From assembly GCA_039194325.1 (NCBI GenBank), contig JBCCWC010000012.1:64267-128266 (forward strand): DNA of 64,000 bases, read 5' to 3'. Origin of the DNA: Myxococcota bacterium. Lineage in GTDB: Bacteria > Myxococcota_A > Polyangia > Nannocystales > Nannocystaceae. A program made the translations under genes and the position numbers. The notes under the pieces were generated by a model. It was not told where the DNA came from and ran no database searches. It worked only from the letters and a program-made list of their open reading frames with translations. Below are positions 29,354 through 40,173 of the stretch, in pieces; the stretch's first letter is position 1, and each line of letters opens with the position of its first letter.

Positions 29354-30643
29354 TCATCGAGCGCCACCGACTCGGTCATCCGTCACGGCGGCTGCCCGAA
29401 GTCGGCCGAGGCGCGCGGCCAGCTGCTCCCGCTCGTCACGAAGGATCCCCTCGGCAAAGCGACGCTCATGGTCGGCGAGACGTCGGGCCGCCTCGTCGAG
29501 ATCCCCTGCGTCGAGGTGCACGACCGCATCCTCGAGAATGCGAGCTTCGGGCCCCAGCGTGGAGCCCCCGCCCGAGTCGGGGTTCGAGCTCCGGCCCGAG
29601 TTCCGGCCCGAGCTCCCGGTCGAGCCACGACCCGCTCCTCGGGCGGATCCCGAGTGCCGAGAACCCGGCTCGACCGCCCGAGCTCGACGCCGCGGGATGC
29701 TCGGGTTCGACGCTCGCTCGACCTCGGGGATCTCACCCGAACGCAAGGCGGCGACGGGCGCGGGCACGGGCGCGCCGCGGGATGATCTCGGGGTGATCAC
29801 AGGAGGCGGGACGGCACTCACGCTCGCCCGCTCGCCCGCGTCGACCGAGCGCGTGGTCGCAGCCGAGTCTGGCGACGAACCCGCTCGCCCTGCGCCAGTG
29901 ACCAAGCCGATCACCAAGGCACCAGCGACCGCCGATCCGGCAAGCACACCCCCCCAGCCGGGACGAACCAAGGTCGCGGGTGCAACGACGGGACCCGAGC
30001 CAAGCCCGACCCGAGCGGCCACCAGGACCCAGGTGCGCCGCGCCTGCCGGGGCGAAGGGCGACCGGCCCGGCGCGCCGCGGTCACCGCTTCGCGCGGCTC
30101 GGCGACGGCCTGGGCCAGCTTGCGACGGGCGAGGCGAAGCCGCGAGTACACCGTGTTCAGCTTGGTCCCCAGCACCTCGGCCGCCTCCGATGCGGTCAGC
30201 CCGTGCAGCTCGATGAGGGCAAAGGCTTCGCGCTGGCGGGGCTCGATCGTCTGCAGGCACCGAACCACCCGCCGCAGAGCCGCTCGATCGTCGAGCCGCG
30301 ACTCCGCCTCACAAGGCCGCTCGGGAGTCGAGCCGCCAAGCCGCTGCAGCCGCGCTCGGCGGCGAGCGTCGGCTCGCCGGTGGGTATGACACACGCTCCG
30401 GGTGACGCCGACGATCCAGCGCCGCAGGCCCGGGCCTGGCGGAGCCTGGCTCAGACGGCGATGGATCGCGACGAAGACGTCCTGGACGACATCATCGACC
30501 GCGTGCTCGGACACATGACCGCGCACGATCCACGCCACCATTGGGTGATGACGCTCGTAGAGGATCTGGAGATCCAGCGGCTCGTCGCTCGGTGATGTCG
30601 CCACGGTAAGGGATAGAGCGCCGCGCTCCCCCCGGTCCGTCAC
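29354..30643 (-). CDS. ECF sigma factor with long C-terminal extension
   Basis: DDVVQDVF (region 2) and SEAAEVLGTKLNTVYSRLRLAR (region 4), then a hydrophobic segment, Pro/Ser linker and EARIL..H.RRF..G.L..ER end domain; GTGA overlap with the upstream gene. Confidence 0.85.
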   Translation of the reverse strand: MTDRGERGALSLTVATSPSDEPLDLQILYERHHPMVAWIVRGHVSEHAVDDVVQDVFVAIHRRLSQAPPGPGLRRWIVGVTRSVCHTHRRADARRRARLQRLGGSTPERPCEAESRLDDRAALRRVVRCLQTIEPRQREAFALIELHGLTASEAAEVLGTKLNTVYSRLRLARRKLAQAVAEPREAVTAARRAGRPSPRQARRTWVLVAARVGLGSGPVVAPATLVRPGWGGVLAGSAVAGALVIGLVTGAGRAGSSPDSAATTRSVDAGERASVSAVPPPVITPRSSRGAPVPAPVAALRSGEIPEVERASNPSIPRRRARAVEPGSRHSGSARGAGRGSTGSSGRNSGRSSNPDSGGGSTLGPEARILEDAVVHLDAGDLDEAARRLADHERRFAEGILRDEREQLAARLGRLRAAAVTDDRVGGAR

Positions 30644-31833
30644 GGTAATCTCACCTCGAGCCCGCCCAGGGCCAGGCCGCTGACGGCCGGCAGCCGGTAG
30701 GGCTCTACCGGGCCCCGAGCAGCCTGCACGTGGAACGCAGGCCGACGCAAGGAGACCGCGCCGCCCAGCGTCGCGCGTAGAGCGAGCCAGTCCAGGGGCG
30801 CCCAGCCGATCCCGGCCTCCACGGGCAACCCCCACCACAGCTGCGTGCGGGTGCGCGACGTCAGGACCGGACCCGATGCGGTACCGATGGCCGCCCCCAA
30901 CGCGACCCCGGCACACAGCGGCAGGTCGATCGACCCGCGCGCGAACACGCCACAGCCCACCAGCTCGCCGCGGGTCAGCGAAGCACGCACCCGCAGGCCG
31001 TCGGTCCCCGGCGTGGATCGGGTGAATGCATGATGAGCACGCAGCTCGGCCCGCGCCCAGGGCCACCGCAGCGCCACCCCCCCGCGGATCGCCCCCGTTC
31101 CCCGCGGGGTCGCCCCAAACTCGCCGCCGCCCATGATGAAGGCGGCCCCTCGCGGGCGGTACCGCGCGTCCGTAGACCCGGGCGCGCGCTCGGGCGGCGG
31201 AGGTGGTGGGGGCACACGCTCGGCGCCACGGACCGCAGTGGAGATCGGCCTCGCGAGCTCGCGACCTGCGTCCTCGTCGGACGGCTGCGGCTCACCGCTC
31301 GCCGGGCCTACTGCGGGGCTAGGCAACCGTACCGGTTCGAGCGCCGATTCGGGCGCCGACGCAAAGTCGGGAGATGACAACTGAGCCACAACCACGATCG
31401 CGCCCGCCCTCATCAGTTCGTCGCAGCGCGGACCCTCCAGCTCACGAACGACGAGCGACCGGGGCGAGCGCAGCTCGAGCCGCAACGCGTGGCCCTCCGC
31501 GGTCGGTAACACCTGGCCATCGATCGCGACCCCGGCCTCGGCCGATAGCCGCAGCCGGTGTCCAACCAGCCCCTCGATGGCTCCTACAAAGCCCGCGCGA
31601 TCGGGGCACGCCGATGGGGCCGACCACCGAACGTCGACCATGAACGAGGCGGGTGCCGGCGCCGTCGGGGTCGTCTTAACCGGCGCGATCAGCGCCGACC
31701 GTTCGATAATCGGCGCGGCCGGCGCCATCGGCGCCGAGTTGCTCTCTTGGACCGATCCTCGCGCGCTCGCGGCCGGCCACCCGACGCTAAACACTACGGC
31801 GACCAGCCAAGCCCGTAGCAGTCCCTCCCGCAC
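30640..31833 (-). CDS. Exported, probable outer-membrane protein coupled to the ECF sigma gene
   Basis: Signal peptide, WSAPSACP motif and alternating beta-strand-like C-terminal half ending GGLEVRLP. Confidence 0.65.
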   Translation of the reverse strand: MREGLLRAWLVAVVFSVGWPAASARGSVQESNSAPMAPAAPIIERSALIAPVKTTPTAPAPASFMVDVRWSAPSACPDRAGFVGAIEGLVGHRLRLSAEAGVAIDGQVLPTAEGHALRLELRSPRSLVVRELEGPRCDELMRAGAIVVVAQLSSPDFASAPESALEPVRLPSPAVGPASGEPQPSDEDAGRELARPISTAVRGAERVPPPPPPPERAPGSTDARYRPRGAAFIMGGGEFGATPRGTGAIRGGVALRWPWARAELRAHHAFTRSTPGTDGLRVRASLTRGELVGCGVFARGSIDLPLCAGVALGAAIGTASGPVLTSRTRTQLWWGLPVEAGIGWAPLDWLALRATLGGAVSLRRPAFHVQAARGPVEPYRLPAVSGLALGGLEVRLP

Positions 31834-31946
31834 TCGACCACCGTATCACCGGCCCAACGGGGGGAGCGTCCACGACCACGCGCGGCGAGCCAAGCGTCCA
31901 GCGGCCACCTGTCGGGGGCCACCCGCAGGCAGATCGATGGATAGAG

Positions 31947-31981
31947 CCAAAGAAGCCGGTCACCCCTTGGGCTGACCGGCT
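31947..31981 (-). terminator. Intrinsic terminator after atpE
   Basis: AGCCGGTCA...TGACCGGCT stem followed by TCTTT on the minus strand. Confidence 0.7.
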
Positions 31982-32012
31982 CCTGGTGGGCGACGAAGGG
32001 TCGCCTGCGCGC

Positions 32013-32336
32013 TCAGGCGCCGAACTTACCGTAGATGAGGAACGCGGTGACCAGGGTGAAGATGGTCAGCGACTCGATGAAGGCCAGGCCCAGCAGCATG
32101 GGCGTGTTGACCTTCTCGGCCGCGTTGGGGTTGCGGCAGATGCCCTCGAGCGCGGCCGCGGCGGCCTTGCCTTGGCCCATGCCGCAGCCGAGCGCGGCGA
32201 GGCCCATGCCAAAGCCCATGGCGATGGCGAAGATGCCGTCGTTGGGACCACCGCCGGCGGCGGGGGCAGCCATCGCGACCATCGGCGCGAAGAGGCAGAA
32301 CACGAAGGCGACGAAGGGGGTGATGCGACGGTTCAT
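32013..32336 (-). CDS. atpE: ATP synthase Fo subunit c
   Basis: GxGxG helix, RNP loop and FIESL essential Glu. Confidence 0.95.
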   Translation of the reverse strand: MNRRITPFVAFVFCLFAPMVAMAAPAAGGGPNDGIFAIAMGFGMGLAALGCGMGQGKAAAAALEGICRNPNAAEKVNTPMLLGLAFIESLTIFTLVTAFLIYGKFGA

Positions 32337-32367
32337 GGTGGTGTCCTTGGGAACTCGGCGAGGCGGC

Positions 32368-33153
32368 TCAGTGCTCGAGGTGCTCGATGGCTGCGCCGAT
32401 GTAGATGATCGTCAAAAGGGTGAAGATGAGGGTCTGGACGATGACGACCAGCACACCCAGCATCAGGAATGGAACAGGGGCGAGCACCGCGATGAGGCCC
32501 GCGATGGCGCCGACGACCTTGTGGTCGGCGAGGATGTTGCCCATCAGCCGCAGCGACAGCGAGACGGGCCGGCCGAGGTGGGAGGCGATCTCCACCGGCA
32601 GGAAGATGGGGAAGAGCCAGGGGAACCCGCCCAGCTTGGGGCCCAAGAAGTGGGCGAGGTAGCTCATCCCGTTCCGGTAGATCCCCATGCCGTTGTAGAT
32701 CACGAAGACCAGCAGCGAGAGCGCGAGGTTGGTCTTGAGCGTGTCGGTGGGCGGCAGCAGGCCCGGGATCAGGCCCTGCAGGTTGCAGCACAGGATGAAC
32801 AGGGCCAGCGTGCCGGTGAGCGGCAAGAAGCGCTTGGCGTCCTTCTCGCCCATCACGTCGACCGAGAGCTTGTAGGTGGCGCCGACGATCCCGTCGATCA
32901 TGGCCGCGAGGGTGAAGCGGCGGCTGGGCAGCAGGCCGCCCCGGGTGTCGGCGCTCTGCAGGCTGGCGCGATAGCGCATCACCGCGAACAGGATCAGCGC
33001 CGCAGCGATGAGCGCCCCCACCACGTGGACCATGGTGAAGTGGGTGTCCTGAAACATCAGGAACTTCCAGTCACGCCGTAGCCCCTCCTCGAAGGTCGCC
33101 TCGAAGTCGTGCCAGAAGGGCAGCAGGGTGTACCAGGTGTCGTGTTCGCCCAT
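32368..33153 (-). CDS. atpB: ATP synthase Fo subunit a
   Basis: [21 protein letters not shown] and [11 protein letters not shown]. Confidence 0.95.
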   Translation of the reverse strand: MGEHDTWYTLLPFWHDFEATFEEGLRRDWKFLMFQDTHFTMVHVVGALIAAALILFAVMRYRASLQSADTRGGLLPSRRFTLAAMIDGIVGATYKLSVDVMGEKDAKRFLPLTGTLALFILCCNLQGLIPGLLPPTDTLKTNLALSLLVFVIYNGMGIYRNGMSYLAHFLGPKLGGFPWLFPIFLPVEIASHLGRPVSLSLRLMGNILADHKVVGAIAGLIAVLAPVPFLMLGVLVVIVQTLIFTLLTIIYIGAAIEHLEH

Positions 33154-33157
33154 GGCG

Positions 33158-33577
33158 TCAGGAGGGGGTGAGGTCGTCGCCTCGATTGGCCCGCAATGCG
33201 GCGATAGAGGCCCCTACGAGGGCAAGGAGGGCCCCCAAGGCCACCCCTTCGGGTCGGGCCGGCATGTACCAAAGGATGAAAGCCAGCGCAAGCAGGACAA
33301 ACGGCCATTTGAGCAGCAATACGCCGGGCAACACCCACGTTCGACGACCCGCCGGACGATACTGCTGCGGGTCGCGAAGCATCACGCGGACGGCCCGGGC
33401 GAGCAACCACAGGTTGACCCACCCCACCAGCGCCCCAAGCGCGATGCCCAAGCTCATCTCGGGCCCGACCAACAGCAGGGAGATCGCTCCGGCGATCGCC
33501 ACCATGCCGGTGGTCCAAAGACCGGCGTGACGGAGGAGCGGGGTGGAGTCGGGCGCCGTAGTCATCGTTTTTCTCAC
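33158..33577 (-). CDS. atpI: ATP synthase protein I
   Basis: Four hydrophobic segments with GALVGWVN; lies immediately upstream of atpB. Confidence 0.75.
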   Translation of the reverse strand: MRKTMTTAPDSTPLLRHAGLWTTGMVAIAGAISLLLVGPEMSLGIALGALVGWVNLWLLARAVRVMLRDPQQYRPAGRRTWVLPGVLLLKWPFVLLALAFILWYMPARPEGVALGALLALVGASIAALRANRGDDLTPS

Positions 33578-33870
33578 TTGTCAGCCTCGGGCCCGACCTC
33601 GCCCTCGGCGGCCGCTGCGTCACGTCGCAGTGACGCCTGATACGACCGTGCCGTTCGTATCACGGCTCGGATCGCGACCGTGACCCCAAAGGTAAAGCCC
33701 AACAGCATCGTCCAGGGCGACCAATGGGTGAGATAGCGCTCGACATAATAACCCCCGATCGCCCCAAAGGAGACCGCCACCGCCATCTCGATCCCCAACG
33801 AAGACGCATCGGTGTACTGGAACCACAGCGCGCGCTTGGGCGGAGCTCGGGGCGGTGTGCGATCGGTCAT
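33574..33870 (-). CDS. AtpZ/AtpI (gene 1) family protein
   Basis: LGIEMAVAV..G...GY......SPW..L.G pattern; first gene of the atp cluster. Confidence 0.75.
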   Translation of the reverse strand: MTDRTPPRAPPKRALWFQYTDASSLGIEMAVAVSFGAIGGYYVERYLTHWSPWTMLLGFTFGVTVAIRAVIRTARSYQASLRRDAAAAEGEVGPEADK

Positions 33871-33888
33871 CGAGCCCCGCGATGGCGC

Positions 33889-35211
33889 TCACGTGATGGC
33901 GGCAAAGGCCAGCGTGGCCGCGTCGAGCGTCTGGTCGATGAGGTTCTCGGTGTGCTCGACGCACACGAACGCGGCCTCGAATTGCGAGGGCGCCAAGTAG
34001 ACCCCGCGGGCCAGCATCTCCTGGTGGAAGCGACCAAAGCGCTCCAGATCGCAGCCCTTGGCGTCGTCGTAGTTGCGCACGGGGCCCTCGCGGAAGAACC
34101 CGGTGAGCATGGGGCCGACGCGGTTGCCGGTGAAGGGGATCCCCGCGGTCCGGGCCCGCTGGACCAGCCCGTCACCGAGCCGAGCCGAGAGCTCCTCGAG
34201 CCGCTCGTAGGGGGGGTAGCGCTCGATGAGCTGCAAGGTGACCAGCCCCGCCGCGACCCCCAGGGGGTTTCCGCTCAGCGTGCCCGCCTGGTAGACGGGA
34301 CCCAACGGGGCCACCGATTCCATGATGTCGCGCCGGCCTCCGTAGGCGCCCACGGGCATGCCACCCCCCACGATCTTGCCCAGACAGGTGAGATCGGGCG
34401 TGACCCCGTAGAGCTCCTGCGCGCCCCCTCGGGCCACGCGAAAGCCGGTCATCACCTCGTCGAAGATGAGCACGATCCCGTGCTGCTGGGTCAGCTCGCG
34501 CAGCCGCTCGAGATAGCCGGGCTCCGGCGGTACGCAGCCCATGTTGCCCGCAATGGGCTCCACGATGATGGCCGCTATCTGATCCCCTTGCGTCTCGCAC
34601 AGGGCCGCGACCGCGTCGGCGTCGTTGTGGGGCAACAGCAGCGTGTCCTCGACCACCTTGGGCGGTACGCCGGCCGATCCGGGGATCCCCAGAGTGGCCG
34701 CCCCCGAGCCGGCCGCGACCAGCAGCATGTCGGCGTGGCCGTGGTAGGCCCCGTCCATCTTGACGATCTTGTCACGACCGGTGAAACCCCGAGCCACCCG
34801 CAGCGCGCTCATGGTGGCCTCGGTGCCCGAGGAGGTCAGGCGCACCATGCCGCCCTTCATGCTGGGCACCATCGAGCAAATGAGCTCGGCAAACTCCACC
34901 TCGGCCCGGGTGGCCGCGCCAAAGCTCAGGCCGTTGACCGCGGCCTTGCACACCGCCTCGAGGACCTCGGGGTGACCATGACCAAGGATCGCCGGGCCCC
35001 AGGTGCCCACGTAGTCGATGACCTTGGCGCCATCCTCGGTCCACAAGAAGGGACCCATGGCCCGCTTGATGAGTGGTGGAACCCCGCCGACCGAGCCGAA
35101 CGCTCGCACCGGGCTGTTGACTCCGCCCGGAATTACGCGCTTGGCCCTTTCGAAGAGTTCCTGGCTGCGAGCCTTGGCCCGCCCGTCGGCAAAGGTGCTG
35201 GCATCCGTCAT
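33889..35211 (-). CDS. hemL: Glutamate-1-semialdehyde 2,1-aminomutase
   Basis: IPGGVNSPVRAF, SGTEATM, DEVMTGFR, LGKIVGGG and YQAGTLSGNP. Confidence 0.97.
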   Translation of the reverse strand: MTDASTFADGRAKARSQELFERAKRVIPGGVNSPVRAFGSVGGVPPLIKRAMGPFLWTEDGAKVIDYVGTWGPAILGHGHPEVLEAVCKAAVNGLSFGAATRAEVEFAELICSMVPSMKGGMVRLTSSGTEATMSALRVARGFTGRDKIVKMDGAYHGHADMLLVAAGSGAATLGIPGSAGVPPKVVEDTLLLPHNDADAVAALCETQGDQIAAIIVEPIAGNMGCVPPEPGYLERLRELTQQHGIVLIFDEVMTGFRVARGGAQELYGVTPDLTCLGKIVGGGMPVGAYGGRRDIMESVAPLGPVYQAGTLSGNPLGVAAGLVTLQLIERYPPYERLEELSARLGDGLVQRARTAGIPFTGNRVGPMLTGFFREGPVRNYDDAKGCDLERFGRFHQEMLARGVYLAPSQFEAAFVCVEHTENLIDQTLDAATLAFAAIT

Positions 35212-35436
35212 GGGCCGATCCGCGGCCCGAGGCTAACAGGGGTGAGGCTTAAACCCATAAATATTTGAAAACATTATGAACCCTCCCCAACGCCCTCCGT
35301 CCGGTGAACGACCGGGGGATGATTCGAGGGCCACCGGACCACGCATGCCGGCGGTGCGGGGGCGCGCCGATCGCGTGCCACGCGTACGCCCCGAGCACGA
35401 CCATTGCGCGCTCGGCATCATCATCGCCGATCCCCA

Positions 35437-35526
35437 TCTCGGCGCGCCAACGGGTCTCGGCGCGCCAACGGGTCTCGGCGCGCCAACGGGTCTCGGCGCG
35501 CCAACGGGTCTCGGCGCGCCAACGGG
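35437..35526. repeat. 18-bp tandem repeat x5 (TCTCGGCGCGCCAACGGG)
   Basis: Perfect units between the cofH stop and the hemL upstream region. Confidence 0.95.
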
Positions 35527-35542
35527 CAGGTGGAAGGCACGG

Positions 35543-36829
35543 TCAACGGACGACGGTGAGCATGCGCTTTTCGTGCTCCCAGTCGTACCGAAAGCGAGGA
35601 TCGTCGAGCAACGCGCGGTAGGTCCCGAACGTCGCATCAGGATCGTCGACCTGGTCGAGCGGCTCCGGCGGCTCCGATCCTTCGAGCTCCCGCGGGTACT
35701 CACGCACGATCTCGTAAGACGTGGTGCGCTGGGCGGGCGTGCGCCCGGCGCTGCGGATCGTGCGACGAAACGCGGCCGGTGTCGCCATCTGGCCGTGCTG
35801 AGCGCCGGCGGCGGTGGAGATGCTCTCGTTCATCAGCGTCCCGCCCAGATCGTTGACGCCACAAAAAAGCAGCCACTCGGTGGCACGCAGCCCCTCCTTG
35901 ACCCAGGACACCTGAAGGTTCTTCACGGTGGCACCGAGCATCAGCCGGGCGATCGCGTGAAGTCGGATGACATCGCCGCCGCTCGGTCCAGGCGCCACCC
36001 CAGCGCGCGACCCGAGGAATAGCGGCGCCTCTTCGTGAACGAAGGACAAGGGCACGAACTCCGTGAACCCGCCCGTGTCTTTTTGTATCGATCGCAACAA
36101 CGCCATGTGGCGAGCGCGATCCTCCGCGGTCTCCACGTGGCCGAACATCATCGTGCTCGAGGTGGAGATGCCCAGCGAATGCGCCGTGGTGACGACCTCG
36201 ATCCACTGCCGGGTCGTGATCCGCCCCGGCGAGATCCGGGCGCGGATCCGGTCGTCGAGGATCTCGGCGGACGTCCCCGGCATGGTGCGCAGGCCGGCAT
36301 CCTTGAGCTCGAGCAAGAACTCCCGGATCGGCACCCGACAAAGACTGGCCCCGTATTTCACCTCTTCGGGGGAGAACGCATGCAGGTGAAGGTCGGGGGC
36401 GGCCTGGTGCACAGCGCGACAGATCTCGACGTAAGACCGCCCCCGGGCCTGTGGAAGCAGACCCGCCTGCAAGCACACCTCCGTGGCCCCGTAGGCCTTG
36501 GCCTGTAGCGCCCGACGTACGATCTCCTCGGTGTCGAGCCGATAGCCCTGCTCACTACGAAGCTCACGAGAGAATGCACAGAACTTGCAGTTCTTCACGC
36601 AGACGTTGGTGAAGTTGATGTTGCGGTTGACCACATACGTCACCCGATCTCCTCGCTGCTGGCGGCGCAATACATCGGCCACCAGGCACAGCGCGTGTAG
36701 AGCGATCCCTCGGGCGCCATCGAGGGTGACCGCATCTTCGACGCTGAGCTCGCGCCCCTCGAGGCAGCGCTCGAGGATCTGCCGAATGGCGGGGTCGACC
36801 CCACGCAGGCAAGCCTCGACCGCGCTCAT
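35543..36829 (-). CDS. cofH: FO synthase subunit 2 (radical SAM)
   Basis: VTYVVNRNINFTNVC..NC.FC, PGTSAEIL, SWVKEG and NDLGGTLMNESIS.AAG; adjacent to cofG. Confidence 0.92.
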   Translation of the reverse strand: MSAVEACLRGVDPAIRQILERCLEGRELSVEDAVTLDGARGIALHALCLVADVLRRQQRGDRVTYVVNRNINFTNVCVKNCKFCAFSRELRSEQGYRLDTEEIVRRALQAKAYGATEVCLQAGLLPQARGRSYVEICRAVHQAAPDLHLHAFSPEEVKYGASLCRVPIREFLLELKDAGLRTMPGTSAEILDDRIRARISPGRITTRQWIEVVTTAHSLGISTSSTMMFGHVETAEDRARHMALLRSIQKDTGGFTEFVPLSFVHEEAPLFLGSRAGVAPGPSGGDVIRLHAIARLMLGATVKNLQVSWVKEGLRATEWLLFCGVNDLGGTLMNESISTAAGAQHGQMATPAAFRRTIRSAGRTPAQRTTSYEIVREYPRELEGSEPPEPLDQVDDPDATFGTYRALLDDPRFRYDWEHEKRMLTVVR

Positions 36830-38154
36830 GTCCGATCTCCCCCAGAAGGCACGGAAGGCACACAAAGCACGGAAGGCACAGAACGCACGGCAGCGGATGA
36901 AACAGGATGGCCGCTCCGCGGACCGTGGCCTCCAACGAGCGACCGCGTCGGGAAGAGCGGCGCCCGCGAAGAACCGGGGGGCGCCAGCTCCCGCGGATGC
37001 GACACACGCTCGCATCGCTGCCGCTGTGCCGCGACCGTCGGCTCCAAGCGGGGATCGAGGAAGCGCCCGCTGGCGATGAGACGATCCTTGATCGGCAGAC
37101 GCGAGGTCAGCACGAATCCCCGGGCTGCACAGCGCTCGTAGAGCTCATCGAGGTGCGGCCACGGGTGACCGGGGTTGATGTAGTCCGGCGTCACGGCAGA
37201 GATCCCGCCAAAATCGTCGAGGCCGGCCCCGATCAACCCGGCGATCGACTCGGGGTTCAGGTTCGGTGGCGCCTGCACCGACACCTCATCGGGCAGGATC
37301 AGCCGCGCGAGCGCGAGCGCATGAACGATCTCCACCTCGGCCGGCTCTGGCGCATTGGCCATCGCACTGCCCGCGTTGCGCCGGAAACCTTGCACGATCA
37401 CCTCCTGAACATGACCGTGCTCCTCGTGAAGGGCACGGATGGCGAGCAGGCTGTCCACGCGCTCCCGGCGGGTCTCTCCGATCCCGACGAGGATGCCGCT
37501 GGTCCACGGGATCGCCAACTCCCCGGCCTCGCGAGTCGTCCGCACGCGCACGGCCGGGCGCTTGTCCGGAGCACGGTGATGGGGCATCCCTCGCTCACAC
37601 AGCCGAGAGCTGATGTTCTCCAGCATCAAGCCCATGCTCACATTGACCGGCCGTAGCTTCTGCATCTCATGGCGCCGCAGAACACCGGCGTTGGTGTGCG
37701 GCAAGAGGCCCCGCTCGATGGCCCGTTCGCACGCCCACACCAAGTAGTCGACCGTGCTTTGGTGGCCAAAGGACGCGAGCTGCCGGCGATAGCTCGCGAA
37801 GGCCGCCTCGGGCCGATCTCCCAAGCACAGCAGCGCTTCAGTGGCGCCCTGGGCCTGTCCGCGGGCCAGCCAGTCCTCGACCTGCGCGGGGCTCATGGTC
37901 CAGGCGCCCGCCTGGCCCGGGACCCTACGGAACGAACAATAGTCACAAGCGCTACGGCATAGATTGGTCAGAGGCAAGAAGACCTTGGGCGAGAAGGTCA
38001 GGCGCCTACCGTAGGCTCGATCACGGCGCGCCGCCGCAGCTTCGCACAGCGCCGGCACGTCGCCGGCGGACAACTCCGCGAGCGCGAGCGCATCGCGCTC
38101 GCGAAGCGGCGCACAGGCGCCTCGCGCCAAGATCTGCGGCAGGCTGGCAGGCAT
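36826..38154 (-). CDS. cofG: FO synthase subunit 1 (radical SAM)
   Basis: TFSPKVFLPLTNLCRSACDYC, LLPHTNAG, SMGLMLE, QAPPNL and GGIS.VTPD.INP..PWP. Confidence 0.93.
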   Translation of the reverse strand: MPASLPQILARGACAPLRERDALALAELSAGDVPALCEAAAARRDRAYGRRLTFSPKVFLPLTNLCRSACDYCSFRRVPGQAGAWTMSPAQVEDWLARGQAQGATEALLCLGDRPEAAFASYRRQLASFGHQSTVDYLVWACERAIERGLLPHTNAGVLRRHEMQKLRPVNVSMGLMLENISSRLCERGMPHHRAPDKRPAVRVRTTREAGELAIPWTSGILVGIGETRRERVDSLLAIRALHEEHGHVQEVIVQGFRRNAGSAMANAPEPAEVEIVHALALARLILPDEVSVQAPPNLNPESIAGLIGAGLDDFGGISAVTPDYINPGHPWPHLDELYERCAARGFVLTSRLPIKDRLIASGRFLDPRLEPTVAAQRQRCERVSHPRELAPPGSSRAPLFPTRSLVGGHGPRSGHPVSSAAVRSVPSVLCVPSVPSGGDRT

Positions 38155-38263
38155 GAGGCATGCCTGCCATGTCGTGCCGACCAAGTAAACCCCTCGGGTC
38201 GCCCCGCCCACCACTCGTCATTTCCTCATAAAATCATGGGCTTGGATTTCGTTCTACGAACCG

Positions 38264-39064
38264 TCATGCGTAGAGATCCCGCTCGACAGGACGGAGCAAG
38301 CCTCGTGCGCTCGATGCCTGCGGCTCGAAGTCCAGACCGCGGACCAAGACCAAGGGCCGCCCTTCATCCGCCTGGCCAGCCACCAGATCGGCAGTCGCCG
38401 CCACCTGGTCGGCAATAGCGGTGGTCGTCGATTCGAGCTCCCGACCATCGAGATCCGGCTGCGTAACCAGATCGCTCAGCGCCGGTAACCCGGCGACACC
38501 GATGGCCGCGCCCACCGTACCGAGACGAAACGGACGCCCGTGAGAGTCGCTGATGACCACCCCCACCCGCGCGCCGCTCGCTCGCTCGATACGGCTTCGA
38601 ATCCGCTCGGCGTCCCGGTCCGGCTCGGTGGGCAACAGCAAGACCCACGACCCGGAATCGCTCACACCGGCGGGCTTGGCATTGCTGGTGTCGATGCCGG
38701 CGTTGGCGACGACGAAGCCCAGCCGGTGGCGAGCAATGAGGACCCCCGGTGCCGCGCGTGAGACCGCACGGCTCTCCTGCAAGACGAGCTCGACGAGCCG
38801 CGGATCCTTGTGGACCTCGGCCGCCAGCTGACGAGCCCGTGGGCTCGGCACGACCGCGGCCAGGTCCACGAAGCGACCCTCGGCGCGAGAGAGCAGCTTG
38901 GATGTGACGACCAAGACGTCACCATCACGCACTTCGATCCCGGTCCGGGCCAGGGCGTCGAGGGTGAGCTGGGCGACATCGTCGTTCGGCTGCACGCGCG
39001 GCACCCCGACGAGCGCGGTGACCGTCAAGGTTCGTGCGCAGGTGACAGGCTTGCTCTTTACCAT
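38264..39064 (-). CDS. cofE: Coenzyme F420-0:L-glutamate ligase (single-domain)
   Basis: VVTSK..S.AEGR, ANAGID.SN, LLP..PD, ISDS.GRPFR.G and EG.P.VLVRG. Confidence 0.93.
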   Translation of the reverse strand: MVKSKPVTCARTLTVTALVGVPRVQPNDDVAQLTLDALARTGIEVRDGDVLVVTSKLLSRAEGRFVDLAAVVPSPRARQLAAEVHKDPRLVELVLQESRAVSRAAPGVLIARHRLGFVVANAGIDTSNAKPAGVSDSGSWVLLLPTEPDRDAERIRSRIERASGARVGVVISDSHGRPFRLGTVGAAIGVAGLPALSDLVTQPDLDGRELESTTTAIADQVAATADLVAGQADEGRPLVLVRGLDFEPQASSARGLLRPVERDLYA

Positions 39065-39091
39065 CGAAGCGCTCGGGCGTGATGATCCATA

Positions 39092-39751
39092 TCAATCGAG
39101 CGACCCGGGCAGACCCGTGATGGAGATCCCGGCCCCCTTGGCTCGATATCGCTTGTTGATGTGGAGCAGCACCGGCGTGAGGCTCTCCAGGGCGACGGCG
39201 TTGCGAAGCGGACCCGCGTCGAGACCACGCATGCCCAGATCCCCGATGAGCGCCAAGGCCGTAGCCATGGCGTCTGGATCATCCGACGCGGCCAGCACAT
39301 CGCCGTGGACCGTGTGGTGGTGGTCCAGCAGGTGGGCCGCGCTGACGTGGTGCAGCGCCGCGACCAGCCGAGCGCGGTCACCGAGGATCGCACGCGCCTC
39401 GAGTGCGGCCGCTCCCCCAGCCGGGAGGTGCACCTCGCGGATGGCCGGTGGGCACAGCGGCACCGTGAGATCGATGATGGTCTTGTCCTCGAGGACCTCG
39501 CTCAAGCGCTCGACGGTCGCGGAGTGCACGGTGTAGGGCACGCACAGGACCACGACGTCGGCGCCATCACACGCGGCGGGGTTCATGGCACCCGCGATCG
39601 GAGCGTCCGCCATCCGTGACAGCTCGCGCGCCCGGTGGGCGGCACGCTGCTCGTCACGCGATCCGATCGTGACCGCGTGACCCGCTCTGGCCCAACGTAC
39701 GCCCAGACCCGAACCCGCTTTGCCTGCGCCACCGACAATCCCGATCTTCAT
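39092..39751 (-). CDS. npdG: NADPH-dependent F420 reductase (Fno/NpdG)
   Basis: KIGIVGG.G..G.GL..RWA, VPL.PP, H.VSA..L and DAGPL.NA..LESLT.VL..IN.RY...AGI.ITG. Confidence 0.9.
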   Translation of the reverse strand: MKIGIVGGAGKAGSGLGVRWARAGHAVTIGSRDEQRAAHRARELSRMADAPIAGAMNPAACDGADVVVLCVPYTVHSATVERLSEVLEDKTIIDLTVPLCPPAIREVHLPAGGAAALEARAILGDRARLVAALHHVSAAHLLDHHHTVHGDVLAASDDPDAMATALALIGDLGMRGLDAGPLRNAVALESLTPVLLHINKRYRAKGAGISITGLPGSLD

Positions 39752-40173
39752 CCACTCTTCCTCGTGCGTGATCCGTCGACGCCCAAGTCGACGCCCAAAC
39801 AAAGACGCCTGATTCCTACCACAGCGACCTGTCCTCAGGTGAGGACTCCGCTCGTGCAAACCGCGCGTGATCGCGCCCGCATGTGGATCCCTAACGAGCG
39901 CCGAGGGAGCGGGCCGCGGGGCGATGCTGAGGCCGCGTAAGGATTCCACCACAAGCCAAACCGCGAGGCACCAGGGCGGATTTACACGTTGGATTTCCTC
40001 CCGTAATCCGGTAAGGATCCTCCCGTCGATCTCCTCTCGTGTGCGATCGAGCAAGACTCTCGTCTTTGCAGCAGCGAGCGAGGGATTCAGGCGCTCATGA
40101 GCGTCTCCCGGCGCTTTGCCGAAAGTAACGAGTCCACCACGTTTCAATCATTCATTCGACAGCAGAGTGCATC

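Noticed and set aside
32013..32336. Na+-translocating ATP synthase
   Set aside because: Gln and ES are present, but the motif reads ESLTIF and lacks the Thr/Tyr of the ESTxxY Na+ signature; H+ coupling is more likely.
32013..35211. atp/hemL genes as self-resistance genes of the cluster
   Set aside because: They look like ordinary housekeeping genes, and aurachins act on quinol-oxidising respiratory complexes rather than Fo. Nothing here shows duplication.
35437..35526. 18-bp array as a CRISPR
   Set aside because: Units are directly adjacent with no unique spacers, and no cas genes are present.
35543..36829. MqnC/MqnE futalosine-pathway enzyme
   Set aside because: The SWVK and MNESIS.AAG motifs and the cofG/E/C/D context favour CofH.
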